Shown here: positions 21,393 to 31,545 of the stretch, one piece after another
How the letters are laid out: each line of letters starts with the position of its first letter
Numbering within the stretch: the stretch's first letter is position 1
NCBI GenBank assembly: GCA_963662335.2
Contig: CAXXVD010000005.1
Span: forward strand, 320,001 to 384,000
Reading direction: 5' to 3'
Origin: Chloroflexota bacterium
Lineage (GTDB): Bacteria; Chloroflexota; UBA11872; VXOZ01
Length of the DNA: 64,000 nt
Made by a program: the position numbers and the translations under genes
The notes under the pieces: model-generated
Databases searched by the model: none
Seen by the model: the letters and a program-made list of their open reading frames with translations, nothing else
Told to the model about the DNA's origin: nothing

Positions 21393-22202
21393 TCATTCCT
21401 GCGGCTTGGGATGAAAGTCCCGCTGCGGTCGGATTTCGCGGGCGCGAAACTCCTCCAGGAATTCAGCGGTGCGCTTCACGGCGGAATTGTAGAGTACCTC
21501 GCCCTTTGCGGCGCTGGCCCCGGTTGGGTCGCCTTGAATGCCGGTTGACGTATTGCGGCTGAAGAATTCCTGGTAGTGGATTCTGGTATTCGCCGGCCAC
21601 GCGCCCCAAATGTGCTCGCTCTGCTGCACTTCCTCCACCGTGCGCGCCGCCTTGCCCATGTCCACCAGATGGGGGTAGAGATAGAGCATGAGCGAAGTCT
21701 CATCCTCGTCGGCGTGGTGGCTCACACCGTGTGATTCGCGGTCCCAGGTCAGGTCCTCCGCCCGGATGAGCGCCCAGTAGTTGGCCAGCACGCTGATGGC
21801 CGCGCTCTCGTTGTTGATGCGGCGCATGGCCAGGTCCAGCACCGGCACGTTGCTGCCGTGGCCGTTGAGGAGCACGACGTGGCGGAAGCCGTGGTGGGCC
21901 AGGCTAAAGCCGATTTGCGCCACGTAGTCGATGATCGTGTACATGTTGATAGCAATCGTGCCGGGGAAGTCCATGTGGTGCTCGTTGAACGAGTAGACCA
22001 CCGGCGGCATCACGATCACGTTGGGCGTCAACATTTCGGCAACGTCGGCGGCGATGCGCTGCGGGATGATGTAGTCCACCATCAGCGGCATGTGCGGCCC
22101 GTGCTGCTCCATGGTGCCGACCGGCAAGACCACCACCGGATCCTGCAACGCAGCCTCTCCAACCTCGGGCCACTTGAGCTCTTCGTAGCGATAGTTCTGC
22201 AT
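21393..22202 (-). CDS. Creatininase-family amidohydrolase
   Basis: PVGTMEQHGPH, NGHGSN, HADEDETS, GDPTGASAAKG. Confidence 0.92.
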   Translation of the reverse strand: MQNYRYEELKWPEVGEAALQDPVVVLPVGTMEQHGPHMPLMVDYIIPQRIAADVAEMLTPNVIVMPPVVYSFNEHHMDFPGTIAINMYTIIDYVAQIGFSLAHHGFRHVVLLNGHGSNVPVLDLAMRRINNESAAISVLANYWALIRAEDLTWDRESHGVSHHADEDETSLMLYLYPHLVDMGKAARTVEEVQQSEHIWGAWPANTRIHYQEFFSRNTSTGIQGDPTGASAAKGEVLYNSAVKRTAEFLEEFRAREIRPQRDFHPKPQE

Positions 22203-22291
22203 GGCGCGTGATTTCCCCTCTCGCTGTAAGCGACCGCTCACCAGTTTCGCTTTGCCGCTCCCGCAGCCGTCGCCGTGCCCGCGCCGCTACG

Positions 22292-23368
22292 CTAGCGGTG
22301 GTCTACCCGCTGCACCGTCACCCACGCGCCGCTCTCCGCGGACTCAACCACCGCGTGCAGCACCTCTTGGGTTTTCAGCCCCTCGGTGAAGGTGGGCGTA
22401 ATCTCGCGGTTTTCGCGGACGGATTGCACGAACGTCTCCATCTGCCGGGTCGCGCCGGCCAGCAGTTGCCCGCCGTGGCCTTTGTCCACGGTCGGCGGCT
22501 CGCCCGGCGTCGGCTCATTCGTACCATCGGGTTTGAAGAGCCGCCCCTGGCCGTTCTCGTAGAGAATGCCGCCCTTGCGGCCGTTGATCATGAAGTGGCG
22601 CCGGCCGACCGGATAGTCGGCGTGCACCGAGCCCAGCCGGCTCAAGCCCAGGGTGCCGTGCGCGCCGTTGGCCAGTTGCATGAGCACACTCGTATCGTCG
22701 TCCAGGTCGTGGGCGTGGGGCGTGCCGTCATCGCCAAAGACTTGCGGCGTAAAGGTCTTCATGCTGGCGCAGACCTCGGTGATGTCGGCCACGAGGAAGT
22801 GCGTCAGGTCGATGTGATGCGAGCCGAGGTCGCCCAAGATGCCGGTGCCGGTGCGCTTGGCGTCGGTGCGCCACGTGAAGCGCGGCTGAAGCGAGCGCAC
22901 CAGCGCCGGGTTCAGGCTCTGGCCGTGCACGTGCACAATTTCGCCGATCACGTCATCTTCGATGAGCTTGCGGATGTTGTTGGCCGCGACGTTCCAGCGA
23001 TTTGAGAATCCGACGACGGTGCGGAGGTCCGCCGCACGCGCCCCCTCGTACATCTCGCGCGCCTCTTCCACCGTCACCGCCAACGGCTTCTCGCAGAAGA
23101 TGTGCTTGCCGGCGCGAATCGAGCGCATGACCAAGTCGTGGTGAAAGGCGTCCGGCGCGTCCACCAGCACGCCGTCGATTTCGTCCAGGCCGAGCAACTG
23201 TTCCGGATCCGTAAAGGCATGAGCAAGGCCAAACTTGGCCGCAAAGTCTCGCGCGCCGGCCTCACGCGGGCCGCAGACCGCGACGAGTTCCACACCCTCG
23301 ATGTGCGCCAGTCCTTCCGCGTGCACGTCGGCAATCATGCCATAGCCAAATACGCCGAACTTGAGCAT
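22292..23368 (-). CDS. Gfo/Idh/MocA-family oxidoreductase
   Basis: GVFGYGMIA, GKHIFCEKP, DLGSHHID. Confidence 0.92.
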   Translation of the reverse strand: MLKFGVFGYGMIADVHAEGLAHIEGVELVAVCGPREAGARDFAAKFGLAHAFTDPEQLLGLDEIDGVLVDAPDAFHHDLVMRSIRAGKHIFCEKPLAVTVEEAREMYEGARAADLRTVVGFSNRWNVAANNIRKLIEDDVIGEIVHVHGQSLNPALVRSLQPRFTWRTDAKRTGTGILGDLGSHHIDLTHFLVADITEVCASMKTFTPQVFGDDGTPHAHDLDDDTSVLMQLANGAHGTLGLSRLGSVHADYPVGRRHFMINGRKGGILYENGQGRLFKPDGTNEPTPGEPPTVDKGHGGQLLAGATRQMETFVQSVRENREITPTFTEGLKTQEVLHAVVESAESGAWVTVQRVDHR

Positions 23369-23527
23369 CTACCTGCGCCTTTCTGAAAGAGCGAACTTTG
23401 CTTTCATGCGTACACCGGTAGCGGCGCGCCCCGCATTGGAGGCGGCCTCCGCATTCCCGCCTTAGTGAAACAGACCGCGCGCATTCACGCAACCGTCAGG
23501 CAGCCGAGTCATCGCCTTCGCGGCGCG

Positions 23528-24253
23528 TCACTCAGCCGCCAGCGGCGCAAGGAGGATTCCCGCCTGGCTGAGGCTGTCCTCCATACGGGCTATTGATTCC
23601 GTCACCGTCCGGTCCGGCGCAAAGATGGAAGAACCGGCCACCAGCACGTCGGCCCCGGCTACGGCCGCGGCCACCGCCGTCTCGGCATTGATGCCGCCGT
23701 CCACTTGAAGCTGAACGCTCAACTTCCCCTCGTCTATCAGATGGCGAAGCGCGCGGACTTTCTCCAGCATTTCCGGCATGAACGACTGGCCGCCCCACCC
23801 GGGCTCCACCGTCATCACCAGCGCCAGATCAAGGTCAGGCAGATAGGGGATGAGCGCGTCCACCGGCGTGCCGGGCTTGATTGCCAACCCGACACGCTTC
23901 CCAGCGCCGTGGAACGCGCGCAGAGTCCGCCGCACGTCCGCGCAGGCCTCCACGTGCACCGTAAACAGGTCGCCCGCGCTGCCGAGGAACAGTTCCAAGT
24001 GGCGCAACGGCTCCGCCACCATGAGGTGGACGTCGAATGGCCGGGAAGAAGCGTGCCGCACGCTCCGGATGACGGCCGGTCCAAAGCTGAGATTTGGCAC
24101 GAAATGCGCGTCCATGACGTCGAAGTGGAGGGAGTGCGCGCCGGCGGCATGGGCCGCGGCCACGTCCTGCGCCAAGCGGCCAAAATCGGCGGCCAGCACG
24201 GACGGCGCGATGTGCGCACGGCGCGGACGGATTGGGGAAAGCGGTCTCGTCAT
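23528..24253 (-). CDS. rpe: Ribulose-phosphate 3-epimerase
   Basis: IAPSVLAADF, HFDVMDAHFVPN, DVHLM, MTVEPGWGGQ, VDGGI. Confidence 0.95.
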   Translation of the reverse strand: MTRPLSPIRPRRAHIAPSVLAADFGRLAQDVAAAHAAGAHSLHFDVMDAHFVPNLSFGPAVIRSVRHASSRPFDVHLMVAEPLRHLELFLGSAGDLFTVHVEACADVRRTLRAFHGAGKRVGLAIKPGTPVDALIPYLPDLDLALVMTVEPGWGGQSFMPEMLEKVRALRHLIDEGKLSVQLQVDGGINAETAVAAAVAGADVLVAGSSIFAPDRTVTESIARMEDSLSQAGILLAPLAAE

Positions 24254-24345
24254 AGCCCGTACGAGAGGAATCTGCTGCGGCGCTCAAGCACGCGCGCGGA
24301 GACGTCACGCGGCGTTTGCTGAGGCAGACCGCTCACCGCTGCCGC

Positions 24346-25524
24346 TCAATCGAGCACCGTCAACGGGTTTCTGAACCGGTTATTGTAGAGCACCTCGAAG
24401 TGCAGGTGGGGCCCGGTAGAATACCCGGTGTTGCCCATGGTCGCAATCGTCTCACCGGACTTTACGTAGTCGCCCACGGCGACGTAGATGTCGTGCAGAT
24501 GGTTGTAGGTGGTTACCCAACCGTTGCCGTGGTTGATGACGACGCGATAGCCGTAGCCGAGCGCGTCCCAACCGGAGCCTATCACCTGACCCGCGTCAGC
24601 GGCCACAATCGCGGTGCCGACACGATTGCCAATGTCCAGGCCGGGATGGTGGCCGTGATAGTACTGGGTGATCGCCCCGTCCGCAGGCCAAATAAACTCC
24701 CCAAACGCCGCCACCGGCTGCTCGCGTTCGCTTAATTCGCCTTGCGCGCTGGGCGTCTTGCGCAGCGCTTCCGGCAGCACGCCGTACGGGATGATCAACT
24801 CCATGCCCGGCACGAGCGTGGTGGAGAGGCCGATGCGGTTATACTCCGCAATGTCGACGGGATTGCTGCGGTACGCCTCCGCTATCTCATGCAGCACGTC
24901 GCCGTCGGCTACGGTGTAGATAACGCCGTCTATGGGCGGCACCCGCAGCGTATCGCCAAGAAGGAGCAAGTAATCCGCCGCAATGTCGTTGGCCCAGAGC
25001 AGCGTATCAAGGGTAATGCCGTTCCGTTCGGCAATGTCAACCAGCGTGTCGTTGCCGCGCACCTGATACGCGAGAATCTCATCCCGCGGCCGCAGCACAA
25101 CCGTCGTCTCCAGCAAGGGCGGCCGCACCATCACGTCCGGAAAGATCGTCTCCGCGGCACGCGCGTATACAGTCGCGGACGTATAGTATCCCGGCACGTC
25201 GGAGAAGACGCGCCCCGCTGCCTCGCCGGCGGCAAGGGGAGCGGCCCAGAGCGCGGCCGCGCCCAGCGTCAGCACAATCACGTGCCCGGCGGCGCGGTGA
25301 GCGACCCGCTGCGCCAACAGGGTGAAAACCTCGCTGCGCCACGCCCGCGCGGCAATGAACGGGAACCGCACGATGTACGCGCCGCAGAAGAAGATCAAGC
25401 CCAGGAGTTGCAACGCCCAAGAACCGGGCGCCGCTTTCTCCGCGGCCAACGGCTGCGCCGCGGCAGCGGACGCCGCTTCTAAGCGAACTGCGGCTGTCTC
25501 GTCGCGCAGTACGTCAACTGCCAT
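24346..25524 (-). CDS. LysM (x2) + M23 peptidoglycan metallopeptidase
   Basis: YQVRGNDTL and YTVADGDVL LysM domains; HPGLD, YNHL, STGPHLHFE. Confidence 0.92.
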   Translation of the reverse strand: MAVDVLRDETAAVRLEAASAAAAQPLAAEKAAPGSWALQLLGLIFFCGAYIVRFPFIAARAWRSEVFTLLAQRVAHRAAGHVIVLTLGAAALWAAPLAAGEAAGRVFSDVPGYYTSATVYARAAETIFPDVMVRPPLLETTVVLRPRDEILAYQVRGNDTLVDIAERNGITLDTLLWANDIAADYLLLLGDTLRVPPIDGVIYTVADGDVLHEIAEAYRSNPVDIAEYNRIGLSTTLVPGMELIIPYGVLPEALRKTPSAQGELSEREQPVAAFGEFIWPADGAITQYYHGHHPGLDIGNRVGTAIVAADAGQVIGSGWDALGYGYRVVINHGNGWVTTYNHLHDIYVAVGDYVKSGETIATMGNTGYSTGPHLHFEVLYNNRFRNPLTVLD

Positions 25525-26001
25525 CCACGCATTCCCCCCCTGCCCTCGTCTCTACCGCGGCGGCGGCCCCGACCGAGCGACGGTCCCGGTAACTCCGTGA
25601 GCGTTCCTGCCCCTGCGCCCCAGCCCGCGTAACCGGAGGTGTATGGCTACGCGCCTGGAGTCAATCGCTGAAGTCTTGTCAATCTGTGCTCGTTGCCCGC
25701 CAACTGACCGTAACGCGGGGACTTGCCGCCCGCTTCTTGGCGCACACTTCCGGCGCCTCTTTGGCGAGGCGCTGCGCACACTGTGCCTGCACAGTAGCAG
25801 GTGATTTCTCGCCTGTCAAACAGAAGGGTAGAGTCCACGCCGCGCCAAGTAGGGTGTGAAACCGGTTCCGCGGCGTTCTTCCACTTCAGGCCTGCGAATG
25901 CCGCGACGCGCGCTCATTGAGGGCGCGGCGCCATTGGTGCATAATGACGGGTGCGGGACGCGCTCCCGTAAATCCAGGTACACCATCACCTAGGGAGAGC
26001 A

Positions 26002-26301
26002 ATGAGCATGGTCGAGCACCTTGTGCTTTTCAAAGTCAAGCCCGGAACCAGCGCGGAAGCGATACACGCCATGCAAGATGCCCTGCGCGGGCTGCGGGAG
26101 GCCATTCCCGGCATTCTGGAGATTACGGTAGGCGCCAACTTCAGCGAGCGCAGCCAGGGCTTTACCCACGGTCTGCTGGTGCGCTTCCAAGACCGGGCCG
26201 CGCTGGACACCTACATTCCCCATCCCGCGCACGAGGAAACGCGCAACACGTACATCCTGCCGATCGTCGATGACGTGCTGGTGGTTGACTACGAGCGGTA
26301 G
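26002..26301 (+). CDS. Dabb-family (stress-responsive A/B barrel) protein
   Basis: HLVLFK...IPGI...GANFSERSQGFTHG...Y..HPAH...VVDY. Confidence 0.9.
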   Translation: MSMVEHLVLFKVKPGTSAEAIHAMQDALRGLREAIPGILEITVGANFSERSQGFTHGLLVRFQDRAALDTYIPHPAHEETRNTYILPIVDDVLVVDYER

Positions 26302-26405
26302 AAGCAGCCCCACGAGCGCCCAGACGCCCGGCCGCGCCCCCGGCGGAGCGCCGGGCCGGGCGTGCGCCGCGCGCCGGACCTCCAGGCCAATGGTGTCGCA
26401 TTCAA

Positions 26406-26429
26406 GTAGCGCGGGGGCTTGTCCCCCGC
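26406..26429 (+). repeat. GTAG-type REP (REP-C)
   Basis: Exact match to the 16464 copy. Confidence 0.9.
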
Positions 26430-26603
26430 CGGAGCCATTGAAACTGACACGAAGAGGATTGACCTAGCAACTTTGCAGTGCCTGCCCCGTGCGTGATACC
26501 TGGTTGTACAACCTGCGCTACCGGGGATTTTGGACGCGAGTCTTGCCGTCGTTCTGCTTAATGCGACAGCAGTAGACCTCTACCCAACCCGCGCCCAGGC
26601 TAC

Positions 26604-27701
26604 TCAGCCTGCGGCAGAATCGAGCACGGGCCACGCGCCCAGCACACGCACCAGCACGCACTCCTTGGCAAGCTCTTCCAGCGCCCCGCGCACCGGCTCC
26701 CGGGCGGGATGGCCGATGAGGATCGCGAAGAAGTAGTAGTCCCACGTGCGCCGCCGTGAGGGCCGCGAGAGAATGAACGTCAGATTGACGTCGTGCCTGG
26801 CGAAGATGCCCAGAGCGTTGTAGAGGGAGCCGGGCCGATCGATGAGGCTGAAGAGCAGCGCGGTGCGGTCATTCGCCGTCGCCGCCGGCAACTGCTTGCC
26901 GAGGATGGCAAAGCGCGTCACGTTGTCAACGCGGTCCTGAATGCTGCGCGCGACGATTGGCACGTCCTCAGCCTGCGCCGCGAGTTCGCTGGCAATCGCC
27001 GCGGCTTCCGTCTCGTGCTTGATCTTCGCCACCGCCGCCGCCGTGCTGACGACTTCCACCGTCTCGGCGTGGGGCAACTCTTCCGCCAGCCAGCCGCGGC
27101 ACTGGGCCAGCGCCTGCGGATGGGAGTACACGACGCGCACCGCGTCCCGGGGAGAATTGGAAATGAGATGGTGCGCAATCGGCAGCACGCTCTCACCGCA
27201 AATCTGGAGCGGTGAGTCCAGGTACTGCACGAAAGAGTCGAGGGTAGGGGTCACGCCCCCTTCGGTGGAGTTTTCCAGCGGCACCACGCCGTAGTCCGCC
27301 ACGTCCCGTTCCACAAGCTGGAAGACGTGGTCCACGGACGCCGCCGCTTGCAGATTCACGGCGCCGCCAAACGCTTGCAGCCCCGCTTGGTGCGTAAAGG
27401 TGTTCGCCGGCCCCAGATACGCCACGGTGAGCGGCTTCTCCAACGCGCGGCAGGCGGAGATCACCTCGCGGTAGATGCGCGCGACCGCCGCGGCCTCCAG
27501 TGGGCCGTCCTTGGCCGCCGCCCCGACCTGCTCCAGCACCTGGCGCTCGCGCTCCGGCACGTAGATGGGGGCGCTCCCGCCCTTCTCTTCGCCTATGCGC
27601 ATCGCAAGCGCGGCGCGGCGTTGCAGGCGCGCCACGATCTCGCGGTCCAGGGCATCGATCTCTTGGCGCAGGTCTGCCAGTTTCCTTTGCTGCTCGCGCA
27701 T
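26604..27701 (-). CDS. pheA: Chorismate mutase / prephenate dehydratase (P-protein)
   Basis: LRQEIDALD CM domain, VAYLGP, PLENSTEG, SHPQALAQC, NVTRF, ACT domain with SRP; ORF-track 5' extension not adopted. Confidence 0.95.
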   Translation of the reverse strand: MREQQRKLADLRQEIDALDREIVARLQRRAALAMRIGEEKGGSAPIYVPERERQVLEQVGAAAKDGPLEAAAVARIYREVISACRALEKPLTVAYLGPANTFTHQAGLQAFGGAVNLQAAASVDHVFQLVERDVADYGVVPLENSTEGGVTPTLDSFVQYLDSPLQICGESVLPIAHHLISNSPRDAVRVVYSHPQALAQCRGWLAEELPHAETVEVVSTAAAVAKIKHETEAAAIASELAAQAEDVPIVARSIQDRVDNVTRFAILGKQLPAATANDRTALLFSLIDRPGSLYNALGIFARHDVNLTFILSRPSRRRTWDYYFFAILIGHPAREPVRGALEELAKECVLVRVLGAWPVLDSAAG

Positions 27702-27894
27702 GCGCGCCGCTCGCTGAGACGTTACCACCCAACGCGCCGTTGCACGCCGCACGTACACGAGTGGGGGGAGTATTGGCCGTGTATCCGGAAGAGTCGGCCA
27801 GTATTGTAGCAGATTCACGGGCGCAGCGCCACGCGGGGGGCGCTGGAACGGTGGGAGCGCGCGCGCATCTCCCGGCGGCAGGCGTCGCGGCCGG

Positions 27895-30800
27895 CTACCG
27901 CAGCGGGTCACCGGCGCGCAGCAGCGCCCGCGTCAACTCCCCGCTCTCTTCCGTCCTGCCCGCCGCCGCGTTCCACTCCAGGCGCGCCTTCTCGAAGTAC
28001 TGCACCGTCCGCCCCACGTGCACGTCATGCACCTCTTCCGTCAGCGGGTAGCCAAAGCGCTCCACCCCGCCGTTGGCGTCGAAGTACTTCAGGAAGCCCC
28101 ACGCGACCCAGTGCCCGGTCTCGGCGTAGTAGCGCGGGCTGGGCGGATCCGGCCCAACCGGCGGCGCGGCTCGCGTCAGTTCCGCCCCCAGCAGCGCCAG
28201 GTACTCCGCGCCGATGTCGCCAAGCCGCACTTCACCTTCACCTGGCGTCCCTGCCGGCGGCGGATGGTACTCCAACCGCGCCCGCTCGAAGTACTGCACC
28301 GTCACCCCGCCTCGCTCATATTCATCCGTCAACGGATAGCCAAAGCGCGCCAAGCCGCCATTGGCGTCGAAGTACTTCAGGAACCCCAGAACTACCGTCT
28401 TCCCGGTGGCATAGAAGTACCGCGCGCCCGCGCCGACGTCCCGGCTGTGCGCCGGCACGTCGGCGATCACGGCATAGCGCCCCGGCCGGTCGGTATACCC
28501 CACTCTGTGCTCTTCTTCTTCCCGCGTCTCCACCGGCTGCCAGCGCTGTCCCCGCTCATCCCACCGCGCCCACGTGGCCTCGGTCCACGCAACGCCCCGC
28601 GGCATGGGCGTCGCGATCAGCCGCGCCCGCAGCGCCATGGATTCATCCGTCCGCGCTACTGCCGCGCCTTCCTGCTCTAACCGCACGACTGTGACCGTGC
28701 TCCCCAGCACCAGCCGCACGCCTCCTTCATGCACGTCCCGCAGCTTCACGTTCACGCCCGCCACCCGCGCCTGCGGCTCGAGCTCCGTTTCCACGTCTCC
28801 CTCCCCGGTTTTGGGTACCGCCACCACCAAGCAGACCGTCATCGTTCCCACAGACCCGTCCGCAACCGCGCCGGGCCCTTCTACTTGCGTCGTGAGAAAA
28901 CCCGGCTCGTACAGCAGCCACGCCGTCGTGCGGTAGAGTTCTCGCCACTTGTCGAACCAATCGTTGAAGACGAAGGCAAAGAATCGCTCACCCGTCACGC
29001 GCTGTGCCTTCTTCACGACCACCGGCCACACGCGCACCGCCCGCCCGTCGCTATCCGTCTCATCCGGGGGCGGCAGCGCGAGCGGCGGCGCCAACGCGGC
29101 CACGTGCCGCGCCAGGACCGGCCCCGTCTGGTTGCTGCCCACCACGATGTTGAACGGCAGGACGTCCGGCCAGGGCACGTTTTCCGCCTCTATCCAGACC
29201 TGTTTCCCGTCCGCCGTGGTGCGGTAGCGGTAGCGCGCCGTGGTAAAGCGCCCCTCGAACGGGCCGTGGCGCAGCGACAGGTATACCGACTCCCCGGCCG
29301 CCAATTCGCCGGCGCCCAGTTTTCGCCAGCCCACGCCCAGCGAATCCGACTGCCACATGACCCCGGTCAACGTCTTGGCGCCCGCGTTCGTGACGCGCAC
29401 CGTGTACGCTAGTTCGTGCCCGGTGCCGCTTGGCGTGGCTTGTCCCGCCATCGCCACGCGCAGGTCGGTCATCTTCCCCGGCGCCGTGCCGGCGATGGTC
29501 TTGGTCTTCTCCACTGTGGGGTACGGATAGGCGCGGCACTCGTCCGCCCCTTCGGGCCCGTAGACGCCCGGCGCGGCTGCGGAAACGTGGGCAATGCCCA
29601 CCGCGCCCGTCTCCAGGCTGGCGCCCGAAACCGCGAACGCCCACGGCAGCAGCGCCGGCAGCGGCAATTGCAAATCATCGCCGGCCGCTACCGCCGTCAG
29701 CCCGCCGGCGGGCGTGCGCCCCTTGGCGAACTCGATGAGCACGTCAATGAACACGGATTCCCCAATCTCCAGAATGCCGTCGCCCGCGCCTTGCACGCCT
29801 TCACCCAGGGTCGCGGACCACCAGACCACGTGCGTGAGACGCACCGGTCCCGTGTTCCGCAGTTCGATCGTGTAGAGAACCACCACGCCCTCGCGCACCG
29901 GCACGTCCGGCCCGGTCACCAAGACCGTCAGTTGCGGCGCCAGCGCCCCAGGCGGCCAGCGCGCGCCGCCCGGCGCAGGCGCGCCACCCGGCACTGTCCC
30001 GCCACCCGGCGTAGTCCCGCCGTCGCTGCCATTGTCTCCCAACCTCCCCTCCGCCACAGTGAGCGTGGGAGTGGGCTGGAGTGGATCCCCAGGCGAGTAT
30101 TGGGGAGTGGGCGTTGGGATAGGCTTCGGCGTTGGTGTGGCAGTGGGCTTGGGAGGATCTTGGATTGGCGCTTGGACAGGCAGGCTGCGGGGCGGCGGCG
30201 TTACGTTCGTGCACGTGCCTTCTTCCACTGCCACGCCTTTCAACGATTTGGGAACGTCATCCGCCGTAAACGCGTTGCCGTAGACCGTCATCTTCGTGAG
30301 CGAACTAATGCTGGCGAACCCGGCGGGAATTGCGCCACCCAGCTTATTGCAGCATAATTCCAGGATCTGCAATTGGGATAGACTGGCCAATGCCGCCGGC
30401 ACCGAACCGGTCAACGCGTTTGTGTCCACGTACAGGCGCACCAGCTTGCTGGCGCTGCCCAACTCGCTGGGAATGCCGCCGCTTAGTTGATTGTCATTGA
30501 GCAATAGGTACTTTAGTTTCGAGAGGTTGCCCAGTTGGGTCGGAATACTGCCGGTCAATTGGTTGTCGTACAGCACGAGGTACACGAGTTTCGAGAGGCT
30601 CCCCAACTGGGTCGGGATGCTGCCGCTCAGTTGATTCTGCTGCAGTTGCAGCCGCGACAAATTGCTAAGGCTGCCCAACTCCACCGGAATGCTGCCGCTC
30701 AGCTTGTTGTCGCTCAGGTTCAGATTCCAAAGATTCGCAAGGCTGCCCAACTCCTTGGGAATGCTGCCGGTCAGCTTGTTGTTGCGGAGATCCAATTGCT

Positions 30801-31305
30801 GCAGCAAGGAGATGCTGCCCAGTTCCTTGGGAATGGTACCGGTCAGCGCGTTGCCGTAGAGGCCCAGCGTGTCCAAAGCGGAGAGGCTGCCCAGCCCGGC
30901 GGGTATGCTGCCGTCCAGGCTGGCGAAGACGAGAACGACCCGGGTGACCCGGTACTCGTTGTCGTTGTCGTAGCTCTGGGCGACGGTGACGCCGGTCCAA
31001 CTGGCCATGGCCAAGTCGGCGCTCCAGTCGAGCGTCGCCGTGCCCCGCAGCGTGTCCTTCGCCCCCAGCAACGCCGTGCAGTCCGCAACGAGATTGGCAA
31101 TGTCGCCCGTGTACGCCGCTACGGCCGTGCTCGACTCGGTGCACGTCGACGAGCCGTGCGCCGGCGGCGACACTCTATCGAGCGCAATGCTGACCACGGC
31201 CAGGGCCAACAAGACCGCCGCGATACGGGCAAGCCGGGCCCCGCCGGCGCCAAAGAGCCGCCAGAGCCGGACCTGTTTGCCGTGCTGCCCTACGATGCGC
31301 TCCAT
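27895..31305 (-). CDS. Secreted multidomain protein: plant-type LRRs, Pro/Thr linker, Ig-like (DUF11-like) domains, two C-terminal Chloroflexi-type GG..RFGYPLT repeats
   Basis: Signal peptide; about 10 24-aa LxxLxLxxNxLsGxIPxxLG repeats; YTIELRNTG and YTVRVTNAG; duplicated FLKYFDANGG..RFGYPLT.E...VQYFE.ARLE; SD GGAGG before ATG 31305. Confidence 0.85.
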   Translation of the reverse strand: MERIVGQHGKQVRLWRLFGAGGARLARIAAVLLALAVVSIALDRVSPPAHGSSTCTESSTAVAAYTGDIANLVADCTALLGAKDTLRGTATLDWSADLAMASWTGVTVAQSYDNDNEYRVTRVVLVFASLDGSIPAGLGSLSALDTLGLYGNALTGTIPKELGSISLLQQLDLRNNKLTGSIPKELGSLANLWNLNLSDNKLSGSIPVELGSLSNLSRLQLQQNQLSGSIPTQLGSLSKLVYLVLYDNQLTGSIPTQLGNLSKLKYLLLNDNQLSGGIPSELGSASKLVRLYVDTNALTGSVPAALASLSQLQILELCCNKLGGAIPAGFASISSLTKMTVYGNAFTADDVPKSLKGVAVEEGTCTNVTPPPRSLPVQAPIQDPPKPTATPTPKPIPTPTPQYSPGDPLQPTPTLTVAEGRLGDNGSDGGTTPGGGTVPGGAPAPGGARWPPGALAPQLTVLVTGPDVPVREGVVVLYTIELRNTGPVRLTHVVWWSATLGEGVQGAGDGILEIGESVFIDVLIEFAKGRTPAGGLTAVAAGDDLQLPLPALLPWAFAVSGASLETGAVGIAHVSAAAPGVYGPEGADECRAYPYPTVEKTKTIAGTAPGKMTDLRVAMAGQATPSGTGHELAYTVRVTNAGAKTLTGVMWQSDSLGVGWRKLGAGELAAGESVYLSLRHGPFEGRFTTARYRYRTTADGKQVWIEAENVPWPDVLPFNIVVGSNQTGPVLARHVAALAPPLALPPPDETDSDGRAVRVWPVVVKKAQRVTGERFFAFVFNDWFDKWRELYRTTAWLLYEPGFLTTQVEGPGAVADGSVGTMTVCLVVAVPKTGEGDVETELEPQARVAGVNVKLRDVHEGGVRLVLGSTVTVVRLEQEGAAVARTDESMALRARLIATPMPRGVAWTEATWARWDERGQRWQPVETREEEEHRVGYTDRPGRYAVIADVPAHSRDVGAGARYFYATGKTVVLGFLKYFDANGGLARFGYPLTDEYERGGVTVQYFERARLEYHPPPAGTPGEGEVRLGDIGAEYLALLGAELTRAAPPVGPDPPSPRYYAETGHWVAWGFLKYFDANGGVERFGYPLTEEVHDVHVGRTVQYFEKARLEWNAAAGRTEESGELTRALLRAGDPLR

Positions 31306-31371
31306 AGTGGCGTGTCCTCCCATGAAGGACGTTGCCTAGCACCGCTATTCCTGCACGTGTCAGGTAACTCG

Positions 31372-31545
31372 TTGACCGAAACTTGAGCGCAAGCAATACG
31401 TTCAAGGACCTGGCGGAGTTCCAGGATGTGTTGCCCCAGCGCCTCCTCTGCGAGAACACCGCCAGACCAAACCCGGGCCTGAAGGGGCATCCGCCGCTTC
31501 AGTTCTCACAACGTCTGTTATATCGCTAATTGTAGTGACACTATC
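31372..31545 (+). pseudogene. Probable remnant of an integrase-core (IS481/IS3-like) transposase C-terminus
   Basis: Startless frame ...TFKDLAEFQDVLPQRLLCENTARPNPGLKGHPP resembles F.SL.E...YN..RPH.GL.G.TP. Confidence 0.4.

Noticed and set aside
25565-25610. TAACTCCGTGAGCG resembling the 3' end of a c-di-AMP (ydaO) riboswitch
   Set aside because: Wrong strand for the M23 gene, and the other conserved blocks are absent
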